The notes beneath the pieces were generated by a model. It saw nothing but the letters and a program-made list of their open reading frames with translations, had not been told where the DNA came from and ran no database searches. This document shows positions 13,342-26,140 of a stretch of DNA of 64,000 bases, piece after piece. Source of the DNA: Mobula hypostoma (lineage: Eukaryota); NCBI RefSeq assembly GCF_963921235.1, contig NC_086100.1, forward strand, positions 201,440,001 to 201,504,000, read 5' to 3'. How positions within the stretch are numbered: the first letter of the stretch is position 1; every line of letters starts with the position of its first letter. The position numbers and the translations under genes are program-made.

Positions 13342-13484
13342 GACACCACTGCTGAAAGTTTAGGCATTGCTTCTAACCTGGCTCATGGAATTGGACATAA
13401 TCTAGGAATTGACCATGACTTCCAAGATCCAAAGTGCGTATGTGCAGACAAGAAGGCTGCTTGCATCATGGCAGAAGTCCACAG
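13342..13484 (+). CDS. ADAM15-like (ADAM12/15/19/33 group) exon: zinc-binding motif and Met-turn
   Basis: ttcttctAG|...|GTaata, 143 nt, phase 0 to 2. Translates DTTAESLGIASNLAHGIGHNLGIDHDFQDPKCVCADKKAACIMAEVH(R). Not in the supplied ORF track. Confidence 0.93.
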
Positions 13485-13503
13485 GTAATATATCTGTAGA
13501 TGT

Positions 13504-13638
13504 GACAGAGGGTAGTCACTATTGTCTCCGTCATGGAAGACAGAGGGTAGTCACTATTTGGTTGGTCTTGAAAGGCAAGGGTAGTCACTATTGACTTGGC
13601 CATGGAAGACAGGTAGTCACCATTGGCTTGGTAGACAA
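13504..13638. repeat. About 35-bp degenerate tandem repeat, four copies
   Basis: Core ggtagtcac(t/c)att repeated four times just downstream of the splice donor. Confidence 0.8.
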
Positions 13639-13989
13639 AAGCAGAGGATGATGATGTAAGGTTGAGGTAAAGCAGAAGGTGGGTGTGTGGGGATCGTGGG
13701 GAAAACGTCATGGCAAACGACACGGTAATGCTCAGTCAGGACAGGCTGGAGAACTTGTCTAGTGAGGCATTATGGGTGGAACTGAGAAGTAAGAAAGGTT
13801 TGACCACGTTAATAGGGTTATATTACATCCGACAGATTTAGAGGAACAGATTTGCAGGGAGTTTGCAACATAAGGTTGTTATAATACGTAGATGATTTTA
13901 ACTTTCCACTTATGACTGCAACTCCCATTCTGTAAAATTACTCGGAATGGATAGAGTTTGTCAAACGTATTCAGTAAAGTTTCCTTAAT

Positions 13990-15345
13990 CAGAATCAGGT
14001 TTATTATCACCGGCATGTGAGGTGAAATTTGTTAACTTAGCAGCAGCAGTTCAATGTAACAGATAATCTAGCAGAGATAAAATAAATAAATGAACAAACA
14101 AACAAACAAGTAAATCAATTACATATATTGAATAGACTTTTAAAAATGTGCAAAAACAGAAATACTGTATATTTTTTAAAAATTGAGGTAGTGTCCAAAG
14201 ATTGAGTGTCAATTTAGGAATCGGATAGCAGAGGGGAAGAAGCTGTATGAAATCGCTGTGTGTGTGCCTTCAGGCTTCTGTATCCCCTACCTGACGGTAA
14301 CAGTCAGAAAAGGGCATGCCCTGGGTGCTGGAGGTCCTTAATAATGGACGCTGCCTTTCTGAGACACCGTTCCCTAAAGATGTCCTGGGTACTTTGTAGG
14401 CTAGTATCCAAGATGGAGCTGACTAGATTTACAACCCTCTGCAGCTTCTTTCGGTTCTGTGCAGTTGCCCCTCCATACCAGATAGTGATGCAGCCTGTCA
14501 GAATGCTCTCCATGGTACAACTATAGAAGTTTTTGAGTGTATTTGTGGACATGCCAAATCTCTTCAAACTCCTAATAAAGTACAGCCGGTCCTCAGAGAC
14601 CTTGACACCCAGGAACTTGAAGCTGCTCATTTTCTCCACTCCTGATCCCTCTATGAGGATTAGTATATGTTCCTTCGTCTTACCCTTCCTGAAGTCCACA
14701 TTCAGCTATTTCGTCTTACTGATGTTGAGTGCCAGGTTGTTGCTGAGGCACCACTCCCCAGTTCGCATAATCTCACTCCTGTACGCCCTCTTGTCACCAC
14801 CTGAGATTCTACCAACAACGGTTGTATCATCAGCAAATTTATAAACGGTATTTGAGCTATGCCTAGTCACACAGTCATGTGTATATAGAGAGTAGAGCTG
14901 TGGGCTAAGCACACACCCCTGAGGTGCATCAGTGTTGATCGTCAGCGATCTGCACAGATTGTGGTCTTCCGGTTAGGAAGTCAAGGATCCAATTGCAGAG
15001 GAAGGTACAGAGGCCCAGGTTCTGCAACTTCTCAATCAGGATTGTGGGAATAATGGCTAAATGCTGAACTATATTCGATGAACAGCATCCTGACGTAGGT
15101 GTTTGTATTCTCCAGGTGGTCTAAAGCTGTGTGGAGAGCTATTGAGATTGCGTCTGCCATTGACCTTTTGTGGCGATAGGCAAATTGTAATGGGTCTACG
15201 TCCTTGCTGAGGCAGTTCAGTCTAGTCGTGACCAAACTAAAGCATTTCATCACTGTCGATGTGAGTGCTACTGGGCGATAGTCATTAAGGCAGCCCACAT
15301 TATTCTTCTTAGGCACTGGTATAATTGTTGTCTTTTTGAAGCAAG
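13990..15345 (-). mobile_element. Rex1/Babar-type LINE
   Basis: CLNDYRPVALTSTVMKCF, LQFAYR, YKFADDTTVVG, FKFLGV. Confidence 0.9.
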
Positions 15346-16274
15346 TACGTAGAAGTCCCAACAAGAGAGTGTACGGTACTGGATCTGCAAGAGGACACTT
15401 AAGAAAAAAAAAACCAGGAAGGCTGAAAGAAGGCATGAGGATGCCCTGGCAGACAAGGTGAAGGAGAATCTTAAGGGATTTTACATATATGTTAAGAGCA
15501 AAAGGATTGTAAGGGACAAGACTGGTCCTCTGGAAGATCACAATTGTAATCCTTGCTAGCAGCCAAAAGAAAGAGGGAGATCTTAAATAATTTTTTGCAT
15601 CTGTGTTTACTCAGGAGATGGACACAGAATCTATAGAAGTGAGGCAAAGCGGCTTCAACTTCATGGACCCTACACTGATTACAGAGGAGTAAGTGTTTGC
15701 TGTCCTGAGGCAAATTAGGGTGGACAAATCAGGGCCTGACAACGTGTTACCTCAGACCATTAAGAAAGCTGGGACCCTAGCAGAGATATTTAAATCATCC
15801 TTAGTGACAGGTGAGGTACCGGAGGATTGGAGGATAGCTAATGTTGTTCTGCTGTTTAAGAAAGAGTAAAAATAAACCAGGAAATTATAGGCTGGTGAGC
15901 CTGATACAGTCAGTCGTGGGAAAGTTACTGGAAGGTATTCTAAGGGATTGGTTATATAAGTATTTGTATAGACATGGACTGATTAAGAATAGTCAGTGAC
16001 TTTGTGCATTGTAGGTCATATCGGGCTGATCAGAAGGTTCAGTCAATCGGCAATCAAGATGAAGTAGTAAATTGGATTAGGCATTGGCTTTGTGGAGAAG
16101 CCAGAGTGTGGTAGTAGATGGTTGCCTCTCTGACTAGAGACCTGTGACTAGTGGGTTGCCACAGGGATCAGTGCTGGGTCAGTTGTTGTTTATTGTCTGT
16201 ATCAATGATCTGGATGATAATATGGTTAACTGGATCAGCAAATTTGCAGATGATGCCAGGTTGGGTGTGTAAGT

Positions 16275-16910
16275 GAGCGACTGTCTACCATCGCCAGATA
16301 CTGCTACAATACAGAGATCGCCCAAAAACAAACCTTCATGAAGAGCTGCTGGTTAAATTGTGTGACCTTGGCTTGCTGAGGGAATCGGGCCCGCAGTCCT
16401 CAGAGTCGCCTGATGCCGGTGGCCGGAGGTGGGGACATTGTAAGCGGTGTGCAAAGAAACCGAAGCGAGGCGAGCAGGCAGGAGTCCATGCCAGGAAAAA
16501 GGCAAGCCCTAGCCGGCTGGCTCTCCTGTCCATTCTGCCCTCCAAAGTCTGTTTGCTGAGGGAATTGGGCCTGCAGTACTCAGAGTTGCCTGATGCTGGT
16601 GGCCGGAGGTGGGGAGGTCGTAAGCGGTGTGTGAGGAAGCCGAAGCGAAGTGAGTGGGCAGGAGTCCGTGCCAGGAAAAAGGCAAGCCCTAGCCGGCTGG
16701 CTCTCCCGTCCATTCTGCCCTCCAAAGGACATTAAATTGGACTGCAACCAACTCCAACGACATACTTGGTGGGAGTACGGAAACGGACGGAATCCCGGAC
16801 TCAGCTGTCTATGTAACAGTTTTTTCCCCCAAGCCATTGGACTACCAACCTACTGCCCTCTGCTGTGCCTATTGTCTTGTTTATTATTTATTGTAATGCC
16901 TGCACTGTTC
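16275..16910 (+). repeat. LINE-derived insertion with a 180-bp tandem duplication
   Basis: ttgctgagggaat at about 16373 and 16553. The two units are highly similar. Confidence 0.75.
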
Positions 16911-18647
16911 ACATTGACCTTCATAAATCAAAGTATTGAGTACAGGGGATGGGATGTTACGTTGAAGTTGCATAAGACATTGGTGAAGCCTAACTTATTG
17001 TGTTCAGTTTTGGTCAACAACCTACAGGAAAGATGTAAATAAGGTTGAAATAGTACAGAGAAAATTTGCAAGAATGTTTTGCTAGGTCTGGAGGACCTGA
17101 GTTATAAGGAAAAATTGAATAGGTTAGTACTTTATTCCTTGAATGTAGAAGATTGGGAGGATTGGGAGTAATGAGAAGAGGGCATGTCCGTGATAGTGAG
17201 GGTTTTTAATGCTGGATTCTGCCTTCTGAGGTACCACCTCTTGAAGATGTCCTCACTGGTAAAGAGCTTGAGCCTCTGATGGAGCTGGCTGAGTCTACAA
17301 ACCTCTGCAGCTTCTTGTAGTCCTGTGTATTACAGTCTCCAGCCAGGCAGAATGCACTCCACCATACATCTTTGGAAATTTACAGGAGTCCTTGGTGACA
17401 TATCAGATCTCCTTAAGTTCCTATTGAAGTAGAGCCGCTATCAACAGATCACCCGCAACACTAGAGGACCCAACACACTCAACTACCGCGATACCACGAC
17501 TAGGAATATCTACCACTCCATCCACAAAGGCTCTTTGGTAAATCTGACCACTTGTCTGTGCTTCTTCTGTCTGTGTACAGACAAGTTGAAGAGTTTGGCA
17601 CTGGGGAGGAGGACCATAAACAGCAGAAGCAGAAGATGGAATTCAGGAGATCTTCGATTTAGTGGACTGGATCATATTCAAGAATTAATCAGTTGACCTG
17701 GATAAATAGTATTAATAATAATAATAAGTACTTTATGATCTCGAGTGGAAAATTATTTAGTTACAGCAGCAACATTTAAAAACACACTTAACAATAATAA
17801 ATATAATAACTAATACTAAGTACAGAATAATAATATACACAATAATAATGTACCAATGTGCAATAATAATGTATGAAATAATAAAACAGAGGCTATTGTA
17901 CTACAATGTGTGATCTCTTGTCACACAGAGATGAACTGTTGTATATGCTTATTGCACTTGGTAGGGAAGATTTTCTGTAGCAATCCTTGTGACAGTGGAG
18001 CTGATTGAGTCTGTTTGAAAGGGTGCTCAGTGGCTTATTCTGTAGGTCATAGAGAGGATGTGTTTTAGCCAAGGACGGATCCAGCCTTTTTGATGAGTTT
18101 ATTTAATCTTTTTGCTTCACCAGCACCAATGCTGCTCCCCCAACATAAAGCCGCAGAAAAGACTACACTCGCTATAACAGACTGATAAAAGATCTCCAAA
18201 TTCCGCACGTTGAAGGATTTCAGCTTCCTTAGAAATCACTGAGTTCAGTATTAGAATCAGGTTTAATACCACCAGCATATGTTGTGAAATTTGTTAACTT
18301 TAAGACAACAGTACAATGCATACATGATAAATATAGAAAAATAAATAAATCAATTATATTAAGTATATATATGTTCTGTAGCTCAATAGTTCCATTTAAT
18401 ATCAGAAGATGTATACAATATACAATGTGAAATTCTCGCCCTCCGCAGGCATTGTCGAAACAGAAGAAAAACCACCAAAGAATGAATGACAGAAAAAATA
18501 AGAACCCCAAAGCCCCCTGCCCAGCTCCCGTGCACAAGCAGCATCAACCGTCCCCCCACTTATTCTAGCATAAAGCATCAGCATTCCCACCACCCACCAT
18601 GCAAGCAAAAGCAAAGCCCCCAAAGTGAGACCATGGTCTACGGTCCA

Positions 18648-20840
18648 TCTATATACTACAAAAACTCTCATGCTCTGACTGTCTGTTTGTGACCTCCAAT
18701 TAGCGCAAACGGTGCATCACAGCGGCATTTTTTTTGGCAAAATCGAATTAAAATGCGCTAACTTACAGAATGCAGACAAAGTTCAATATTATATATTCGT
18801 ATAAAATTGCTCATTCGCAAAAATTAACAGGCTTCCTTTTAACCCGAGAGCCAATCCGCCATCATGGAAATTGGGACGTGACAGCCCGACGCATGCGCAC
18901 AGCCAGCCTCAGCAGTGACACCTACCAGAGCAAAAGGGCAGGGCAGCTCTATTTCGAGGGGTCGCATTCTGCTAATCACCATCAGCATGTGCAGGATTGG
19001 GACAGATCTAACTGCCACCCATCAATAAGAGATAATTAAATCTTATTGTAATGACGTACTTCGCGACACCCATAAGACCCTTTGCTGCAGTCAAAGGACA
19101 GCGGTGACTATATCATGTCCATTTAGGAGAGCGCCAACCACATCATCAAGAATAATCAGCATCCTTTGGTGTTAGTGCTTCGTGTCTTCTATCCAGCATT
19201 AGGGTAAAAAAAATGTCAGCCTAATTATGCTGCGCGGAAAAGGAAGAGGGACATTATGGTCAAGAGATGACACCAAACGTTGTCAGGAAGCGCCAAGGAG
19301 AAGGAGAGAACAAGAATCAGATGAGGCCAGGGCCGCACGACTCCAGGATCAAAGAGTCAAGACAAAAAAAGATGAGAGAAGAAGAGACAGAGGAGGAGAG
19401 GCATACATGTCTCCAATATGACAACAATAGGCACAGAACAAGAATCGGATCAGGCCAGGGCAGCATGACTCCAGGATCAAAGAGAAAGAACAAAGGATAG
19501 AAGAGATGAAGAGACGAAGGATGAAAGGGCTGCGCGTCAGGGAGATGGAGGTGTTGCTATTGCTATAGCATCACCCGGTATTGCAGCAACATTGATGCCT
19601 GGTGTTAGGACAGCGCATTCAAGATTCAAGATACCCCTCAAAGTCAATGAAGATGCCCTTTGTAACATCGATAAAAACACCAATACTGCAAATTTACTCC
19701 GAAATGCGAGGCTTATTGTCTGGGATGAGTGCCCCATGATTAGGAGGGAGAGCTTCGAAGCCGTGGACCGGACTCTTCGTGATGCATCCGGCAAGAATGA
19801 GGCCTTCAGCGGTATTTTAACCATTTGCTGTGGTGATTTCCGTCAGCTTCTAGCAGTTGTGAAATGAGGAAATGATGCTGATGTGGAGAATTCATGCATA
19901 AAAAATCCTACCTATGGAGAAGCTTTATCAAGTTTCAAGAGAAACATGTGAGTGAGGGAGAAGGATGATATTCTGAGTTCTTATTGGATGTTGGAGAAGA
20001 CAAGATTGAGAAAAATGAAAATTATGAAATCAAATTACAGGTACCTGAAGATATGATTCTGCCAGCAAAAACTATTGAAGAATGTATTGATTTCATCTAC
20101 CCGACATTTGACAATCCTACAGAACTGTTCTCAAGGAATTCTAACTTGGTTCCTCTCGATGAAATGATGCGAAAAATAAACTTCACATGCATTAGACGCT
20201 TCCCTGGAATCATGAAAGAATACTGTTCCTTCAATGCCGTAAGTGAAGAAGCTAACGCCACTCATTTTCCAACAGAATTCCTTGATTCGGTTGAACTCTC
20301 TGGATTGCCACGACATAAACTGGAATTAAAAAGGGGATCGCCCATCATTTCAATGAGGAACTTGAATCCACCAAGGCCAAACCATGGAGAATGTGTTGAT
20401 TTATCTGGAGAAACTGGTATTCCAGCATGATCAGCTGTATGTGGCTTTAAGTCGGGGAAAAAGAAATGACAACGATAGAGTATTCTTGAAGGGTGGCAGA
20501 TCAACCAGAAATGTTATCATCGAAAGTGTCTTTCATTAAACGAGGAAGAGCTATATTTGTCTTGCTACGCGTCTTTCTTCTTTAATAAACTGAGTTTTTC
20601 TTCTTTAATTTCCAAGGCAAAGCAATAGAAATAGCATTCGAGGAAATTTAATGTTCATTCTGGTCACATATTTGTCCTGCTATTCGTCTTTTTACTTTAA
20701 TAAACTGAGTTTTTCTTCTTTAATTTCCAAATCAAAGAGATAACAATAGCATTCAGGAAAATTTAATGTTCATTCTGGTCACATCAGACTGCACTACCCT
20801 TCTCTCAAAGGGTGCCCCAACTGGTCACCCCGTTGTCTAG
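18648..20840 (+). mobile_element. Helitron, internally deleted, with PIF1-family helicase remnant
   Basis: 5' TC start, 3' CTAG end with subterminal hairpin, inserted between A and T. Helicase motifs RTAHSRFKIPL, LIVWDEC, GDFRQL, FPTEFLDS...LPRHKLELK...MRNLNP, QLYVALSR. Charged repeats (EQESDEARAARLQDQR) lie upstream. Confidence 0.93.
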
Positions 20841-21389
20841 TCAAAAACTAAATGTTCACACCAACATTTTAACATCCCTCAGACTGTCTCCCACTAACAT
20901 GACAGAGACGGATATTGCTCCTTCCACAGTGACAGAGAGGATAACAGTCACCATTTTAATGTTACAGTCAGTCTGAAGTGTTGCTTTTTTACTTTGAGTT
21001 CCCCAACTCGAGAATCGGCAAATCAATTACCGAGTACAGAGCCCTCTGACACCTACTCTCACTTTCTTCGATGTTCCAGCTTCTGCTACATTCAGTATGC
21101 AACACTGGCGAGAATTCATGTCCATGGGACCTTGCAAGCATCGAGGCCACCCGACTGCAGGCTGAACGTGGACATGCCAAAACAGGAACGATCAGCGAGT
21201 TCCAAGAATGGCAACACGCCGTTGTGCAGAGCCACAGTCTTTGGGTGCTGCTGTAGATCAAAGATCCTGATAAGACCCAGCAGCTCTGAAAAGGAAAATA
21301 GAGACATTAGAATAGGAAGAATTCAAAGGTTTCACTGGTGAGCTGGGAGAAGTCACCTTCTGACGCCATCTTTAGCAACACTATTAAAA

Positions 21390-22890
21390 ATAGTGCAAAA
21401 ACAGAATTAATTAAAAAAAAAGTGAGGTAGTGTTCATGGGTTCAATGTGCATTTAGAAATTGGATGGCAGAGGGGAAGAAGCTGCTCTTGAATCACTGAG
21501 TGTGTACCTTCAGACTTCTGTACCTCCATCCTGACAGCAACAATGAGAAGAGGGCATATCCTGGGTGATGGGGGTCCATCTTCCTGAGGCACTGCTCCTT
21601 GAAGATGTCTTGGATTCTATGGAGGCTATTACCCATGATGGAGCTGACTGATTTTACAACTTTCAGTAGCTTCTTTTGATCCTGTGCAGTAGCTTCCCCC
21701 CGCCCCAACGCCATACCAGATGGTGATGCAGCCAGTCAGAATGCTCTCCACAGTACACCTGAAGAAGTTTAAAGTGCTTTAGGTGACAAACCAAATCTCT
21801 CAAATTCAGAATGAAATATAGCAGCGGTTTTGCCTTCTTTATAGCTGCATCGATATGTTGGGACCAGGTTAGATCCTCAGGGGTATTGACACCCAGGAAC
21901 TTGAAATTGCTCACCCTCTCCACTTCTGATCTCTCTATGAGGATTGGTTCATGTTCCCTCATCTTACCCTTCCATCAGCTCTTTGGTTTTGCTGACGTTA
22001 AGTGCAGGGCTGTTGCTGTGACACCACTCAGCTGTTTGTTATATCTCGCTCCTGTACACCCTCCTTTCACCGTCTAATATTCTGCCAATAATAGTTGTAT
22101 CATCAGCAAATTTATTGATACCATTTGAACTATGCCTAGCCACACAGTCATGGATATAGAGAGAGTAGAGCAGTGGGCTAATCACATATCCCTGAGGTGT
22201 ACCAGTGTTGATTGTTAGCATGGTGGAGATGTTGTTACCAATCCGCACATATTAGGAAGTCAAGGATCCAATTGCATAGGGAGGTACAGAGACCCAGGTT
22301 CTGTAGCTTTTCGATCAGTACCGTAGAAATAATGGTGTTAAACGCTGATCTATAGTGAATGAACAGCATCTTGACATAGGTGTTTGTAGTGTCCAGGTGA
22401 TCTAAGGCCACGTGAAGAACTATTGAGTTAGGCGGTTGCCGTAGACCTCTTGTGGCAGTAGGCAAATGGCAGTGGTTCCAGGTCCTTGCTGAGGCGGGAG
22501 TTGTTTTTAGCCATGACCAACCTCTCAAAACATTTCATCACATCAAAACATTTTGAGGCCAGTTCATTGGCTATATTTAAGAGGGAGTTAGATATGGCCC
22601 TTGTGGCTAAAGGGATCGGGGGTATGGAGGGAAGGCTGGTACAGGGTTCTGAGTTGGATGATCAGCCATGATCGTACTGAATGGCAGTGCAGGCTTGAAG
22701 GGCCGAATGGACTACTCCTGCACCTATTTTCTATGTTTCTATGTTTCTTATATGTTTCACCATAGGTGTGAGTGCTACTGGGTGATAGTCATTAAGGCAG
22801 CTGACATCTTCTTGGGCACTGGCATAATTGTTACCCTTTTGAAGCAGATGGGAACTTCTGATCTTAGCAGTGAAAGATTGAAAATGACTT
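21390..22890 (-). mobile_element. Rex1-type LINE with a short CR1 3' end (+, about 22555-22745) inserted
   Basis: NTGTPQGYVISPLLYSLY, KFADDTT, FKFLGV. CR1 tail tttctatgtttctatg. Confidence 0.88.
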
Positions 22891-25800
22891 CACAAGGACA
22901 TGGTAAACATAGTGGACTTGAGCAAGCTACCACTTTGCTCTTTGGATTGAAGGAGGATGAGAGGTGGCTTAATAGAACTGTACAAGATGATAAGAGACAG
23001 AGGTAGAGTGAATGGCCAGAGACTTTTTCCAGAGTAGAAATGGCTAACGTGAGAGGATTTTAAGGTGATTGGAGAAAAGTATAGAAGGGTTATCAGAGGT
23101 AAGCTCTTTTTATACAGAGTGGTGAGGGCATGGAACACACTGTCAAGGGTGGTGGTAGAGGCAGATACATTTCAGAGACTCTTAGGTAGATACATAGATG
23201 ATAGAAAAAGGAGGCCTTTGTGGGAAGGTAGAGTTAGATTGATCTTAGAGGTGGTTAAAAGATTGCACAACATCCTGGGCCAATGGGCCTGCACTGTGCT
23301 ATACAGTTCTATCTTCTATGACGTGCATGTACGAGTATGTACCCACAAAAACATACCCCTTTATCTCCAACCAGGAGCTCCAAATGAACCAGGAGAATTG
23401 GTAATTTTCTGAGGATTAGATTTGTGGTGTTTAGGGCTGGCGACCCTGGGGCATATCAAAAGTCCAGGTACAACTTCTGGAAGTCCATTATGAGTACAAA
23501 GACACAATTTCAGACTAAACTGGATGCTTGACAGCTGTGGCAGGGCTTGCACAGTATAAATTCCCAAAAGGCTAGATCGGGCAGTATAAGTGGCAGCGAT
23601 ACACCACAACCACAAGCTGCTCTAAAAAGCCCTCTCATTGGCATTCTACAAATCTCTCTCGGAATTTGGCACCAACCCTTTTCACGTACCTTTTCTATCT
23701 CCCTTTGTAATTTGTAGCCCACACCTGGCTGCTGTTCAGTGACCTGTATGTAACTCCCATCAGAGTCTTTTCGCTCTTGCAGTTTCTTAACTGTAACAAC
23801 AAGGATTCTACATCTTCCAATCCTTTGTTATCTCTTTTTATGGATTTGATTTCATTTTTGACCAACAGAGCCATATCACCCCCTCTGCCTACCTGCCTGT
23901 CCTTCTAATACAATGTGTATCCTTGGATGTTAAGCTCTCAACTATATTTTTTTAGCCATGGCACTGTGATGCCCACCTGCCAATTTCTAACTGCGCCATT
24001 AGCTCATCTACCTTTTTTCTTAGGGTGTGCATTCAGATACAACACTTTCAGTCCTGCATTAACCACCCCACTTCTCAGATTTGTCTTCATCTTGTTTGAA
24101 GGTGAATTCTTAATCTGTCTAAACTTTCTGACTTCTGTTTATTCTGGAGTACCCTCTCTTGTGCCCTCCTTCCTTTTTTACTTGATCCATACTTTTCCAA
24201 GTAATCGAACCCACTCCCCTACTATCTAGTTTAAAGCTCTATCCATAGCCCTAGTTATACAGTTTGGCATGATCCTAGTTCCAGCATGCTTCAGGTGTCA
24301 CTATCCCATGGATCTTTAACTTTCTGATCTTATTGACCCTGTGAGAGAAAAAGAAATTGTGGACAACTTCAGAAGTATATTGTGTCAGTTTTCACTGTGG
24401 AAGATTCTAGCAGTATGCCAGAAATTAGAATGTCAAGGCTGAAGTGAGCATAGTTCCTATAACTAAGAAGAAGGTGCTTGGGCAGCTAAGTTCATCCAGC
24501 ATTTCGTGTGTGTTGCTCAGATTTCCAGCATCTGTAGATTTTCTCTTGTTCGTGACTTGCCATGTGAAGAGTATTTGAGGGCTCTGTGCCTGTATTCACT
24601 AGAATTCAGAAGAATGAGGGGACACCTAATTGAAACCAATTGAATGATGAAAGTCCTTGATAGAGTGGATGTGGAGAGGATGTTTCCTACGGTGAGAGAG
24701 TCTTAAGACCAGTGGACACAGCTTCAAAAGAGAGGAACATCCTTTCAGGACATAGATAAGATGGAATTTCTTTAGCCAGAGTGGTGAAGTTGTGGAATTT
24801 GTTGCCACAGGCAGATGTGGAGGCCGTCTGTATGTGTACTTAAGGCAGAGGTTGATAGATTCATGAAGAGATACGGGGTGGGGGGGAAAGCAGGAGATTG
24901 GGGCTGGGAGGAAAAACGTATCAACCATGATGAAATGGCAGAGCAGACTCCATGGGCCAAATGGCCTAATTCTGCTTCTATATCTTAAGGTCCAGTCACT
25001 GGATTCTGGAGTAGTTCCAGATGACTGGAAAATTGCAAATGTCACTCCAGTCTTTAAGAAGGGGGGGAGATAGAAGAAAGGAAATGATAGGTAAGTTGGC
25101 CTTTCTTCAATGGTTGGAAAGATGTTGGAGTCCATTATTAATGATGAGGTTTCAGAGTACTTTGAGGCACATGATAAAGTAGGCCAAAGTTAACATGGTT
25201 TCCTTCAGGAAAAAAAATTACCTGACAAATCTGTTGAAATTCTTTGAGGAAATGACTGGCAGAATAGACAAAGGAGAGTCATTGGATGTTATTTACTAAG
25301 ATTTTCAGAAGGCCTTTGACAGAGAGCTGAACAAGATAAGAGCCGATGGCATTACAGAAAAGATACTGGCATGGATAAAGCAGTGGCTGACTAGCAGGAG
25401 ATAAAGAGTGGGAATAAAGAGAGCCGTTTCTGGTTCTCCACAGGGGTTGGTATTGGGACCAGTTCTTTTCACATCGCATGTCAATGATTCGGAATTAGCT
25501 TTGTGCCAAGTTTGTGGATGATACAAAGGTAGGTTGAGGGGCAGTTCATGTTGAGGAAGTAGGGAGTCTGCAAATGGACTTAGATAAGTTAGGAGAATGG
25601 GCAAAGTGGTAAATGGAATAAAGTGCAAGGAAGAATATGATCATGCACTTTGATAGAAGGAATAAAGGTGTAGACTATTTTCTAAATAGGCAGAAATTTC
25701 AAAAGGACATGGTAGACCTTGTGCAGGATTCCCTAAAGGTTAGGGAAGAATTTAGTCAGAGAATGGTGAATCTGTGGAATTTATTGCCACTGGTGGCTGT

Positions 25801-26140
25801 GGAGGCCAAGTGATTGGGTATATTTAAAGTGGAGATTGATAGGTTCTTGAATAGTTAAATCAGAAACGAGAAAATCTGCAGACACTGGAAATCTAAGCAA
25901 CACACACAAAATGCTGGAGGAACTCAACAGGCCAGGTAACATCTCTGGAAAAGAATACAGTTGACGTTTTGGGCCGAGACCCTTCATCAAGACACTTGAA
26001 TAGTTAGATTGTCAAAGGTTGCAGGGAGAAGGTTGGAGAATGGGGTTGAGAGGGATAATAAATCAGCCATGATCGAATGGCAGATCAGACTTGATGGACC
26101 AAATAGACTCATTCTGCTCCTATGTCTTTTGGTCTGTACC
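22890..26140. mobile_element. Mosaic of degenerate CR1 fragments
   Basis: Recurrent CR1 RT and 3'UTR sequence (e.g. ttcagaagaatgagggg, gccaaatggcctaattctgct), plus a minus-strand endonuclease remnant at about 23720-24300. Confidence 0.8.
25858..25994 (-). mobile_element. Short Penelope-type terminal fragment with 12-bp TSD
   Basis: Direct repeat cttgaatagtta at 25846-25857 and 25995-26006. Body matches the element at 27565-27970. Confidence 0.7.

Larger units (their letters stand above)
13735..17160 (+). mobile_element. Degenerate CR1 ORF2 split by Rex1-type insertions
   Basis: Endonuclease remnant at about 13740-13990, RT remnants at about 15345-16270, 3' part at about 16910-17160. Confidence 0.8.

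Noticed and set aside
13504..13638. Mini-CRISPR (conserved core with variable gaps)
   Set aside because: The intervening sequences resemble each other, so this is a degenerate tandem repeat.
16336..16735. Novel repeat-containing protein (ORFs on both strands)
   Set aside because: The ORFs arise from a 180-bp tandem duplication in GC-rich retroelement sequence, with no splice or domain support.
19540..20530. Host PIF1 helicase gene
   Set aside because: It is intronless, disrupted, and enclosed by Helitron termini.
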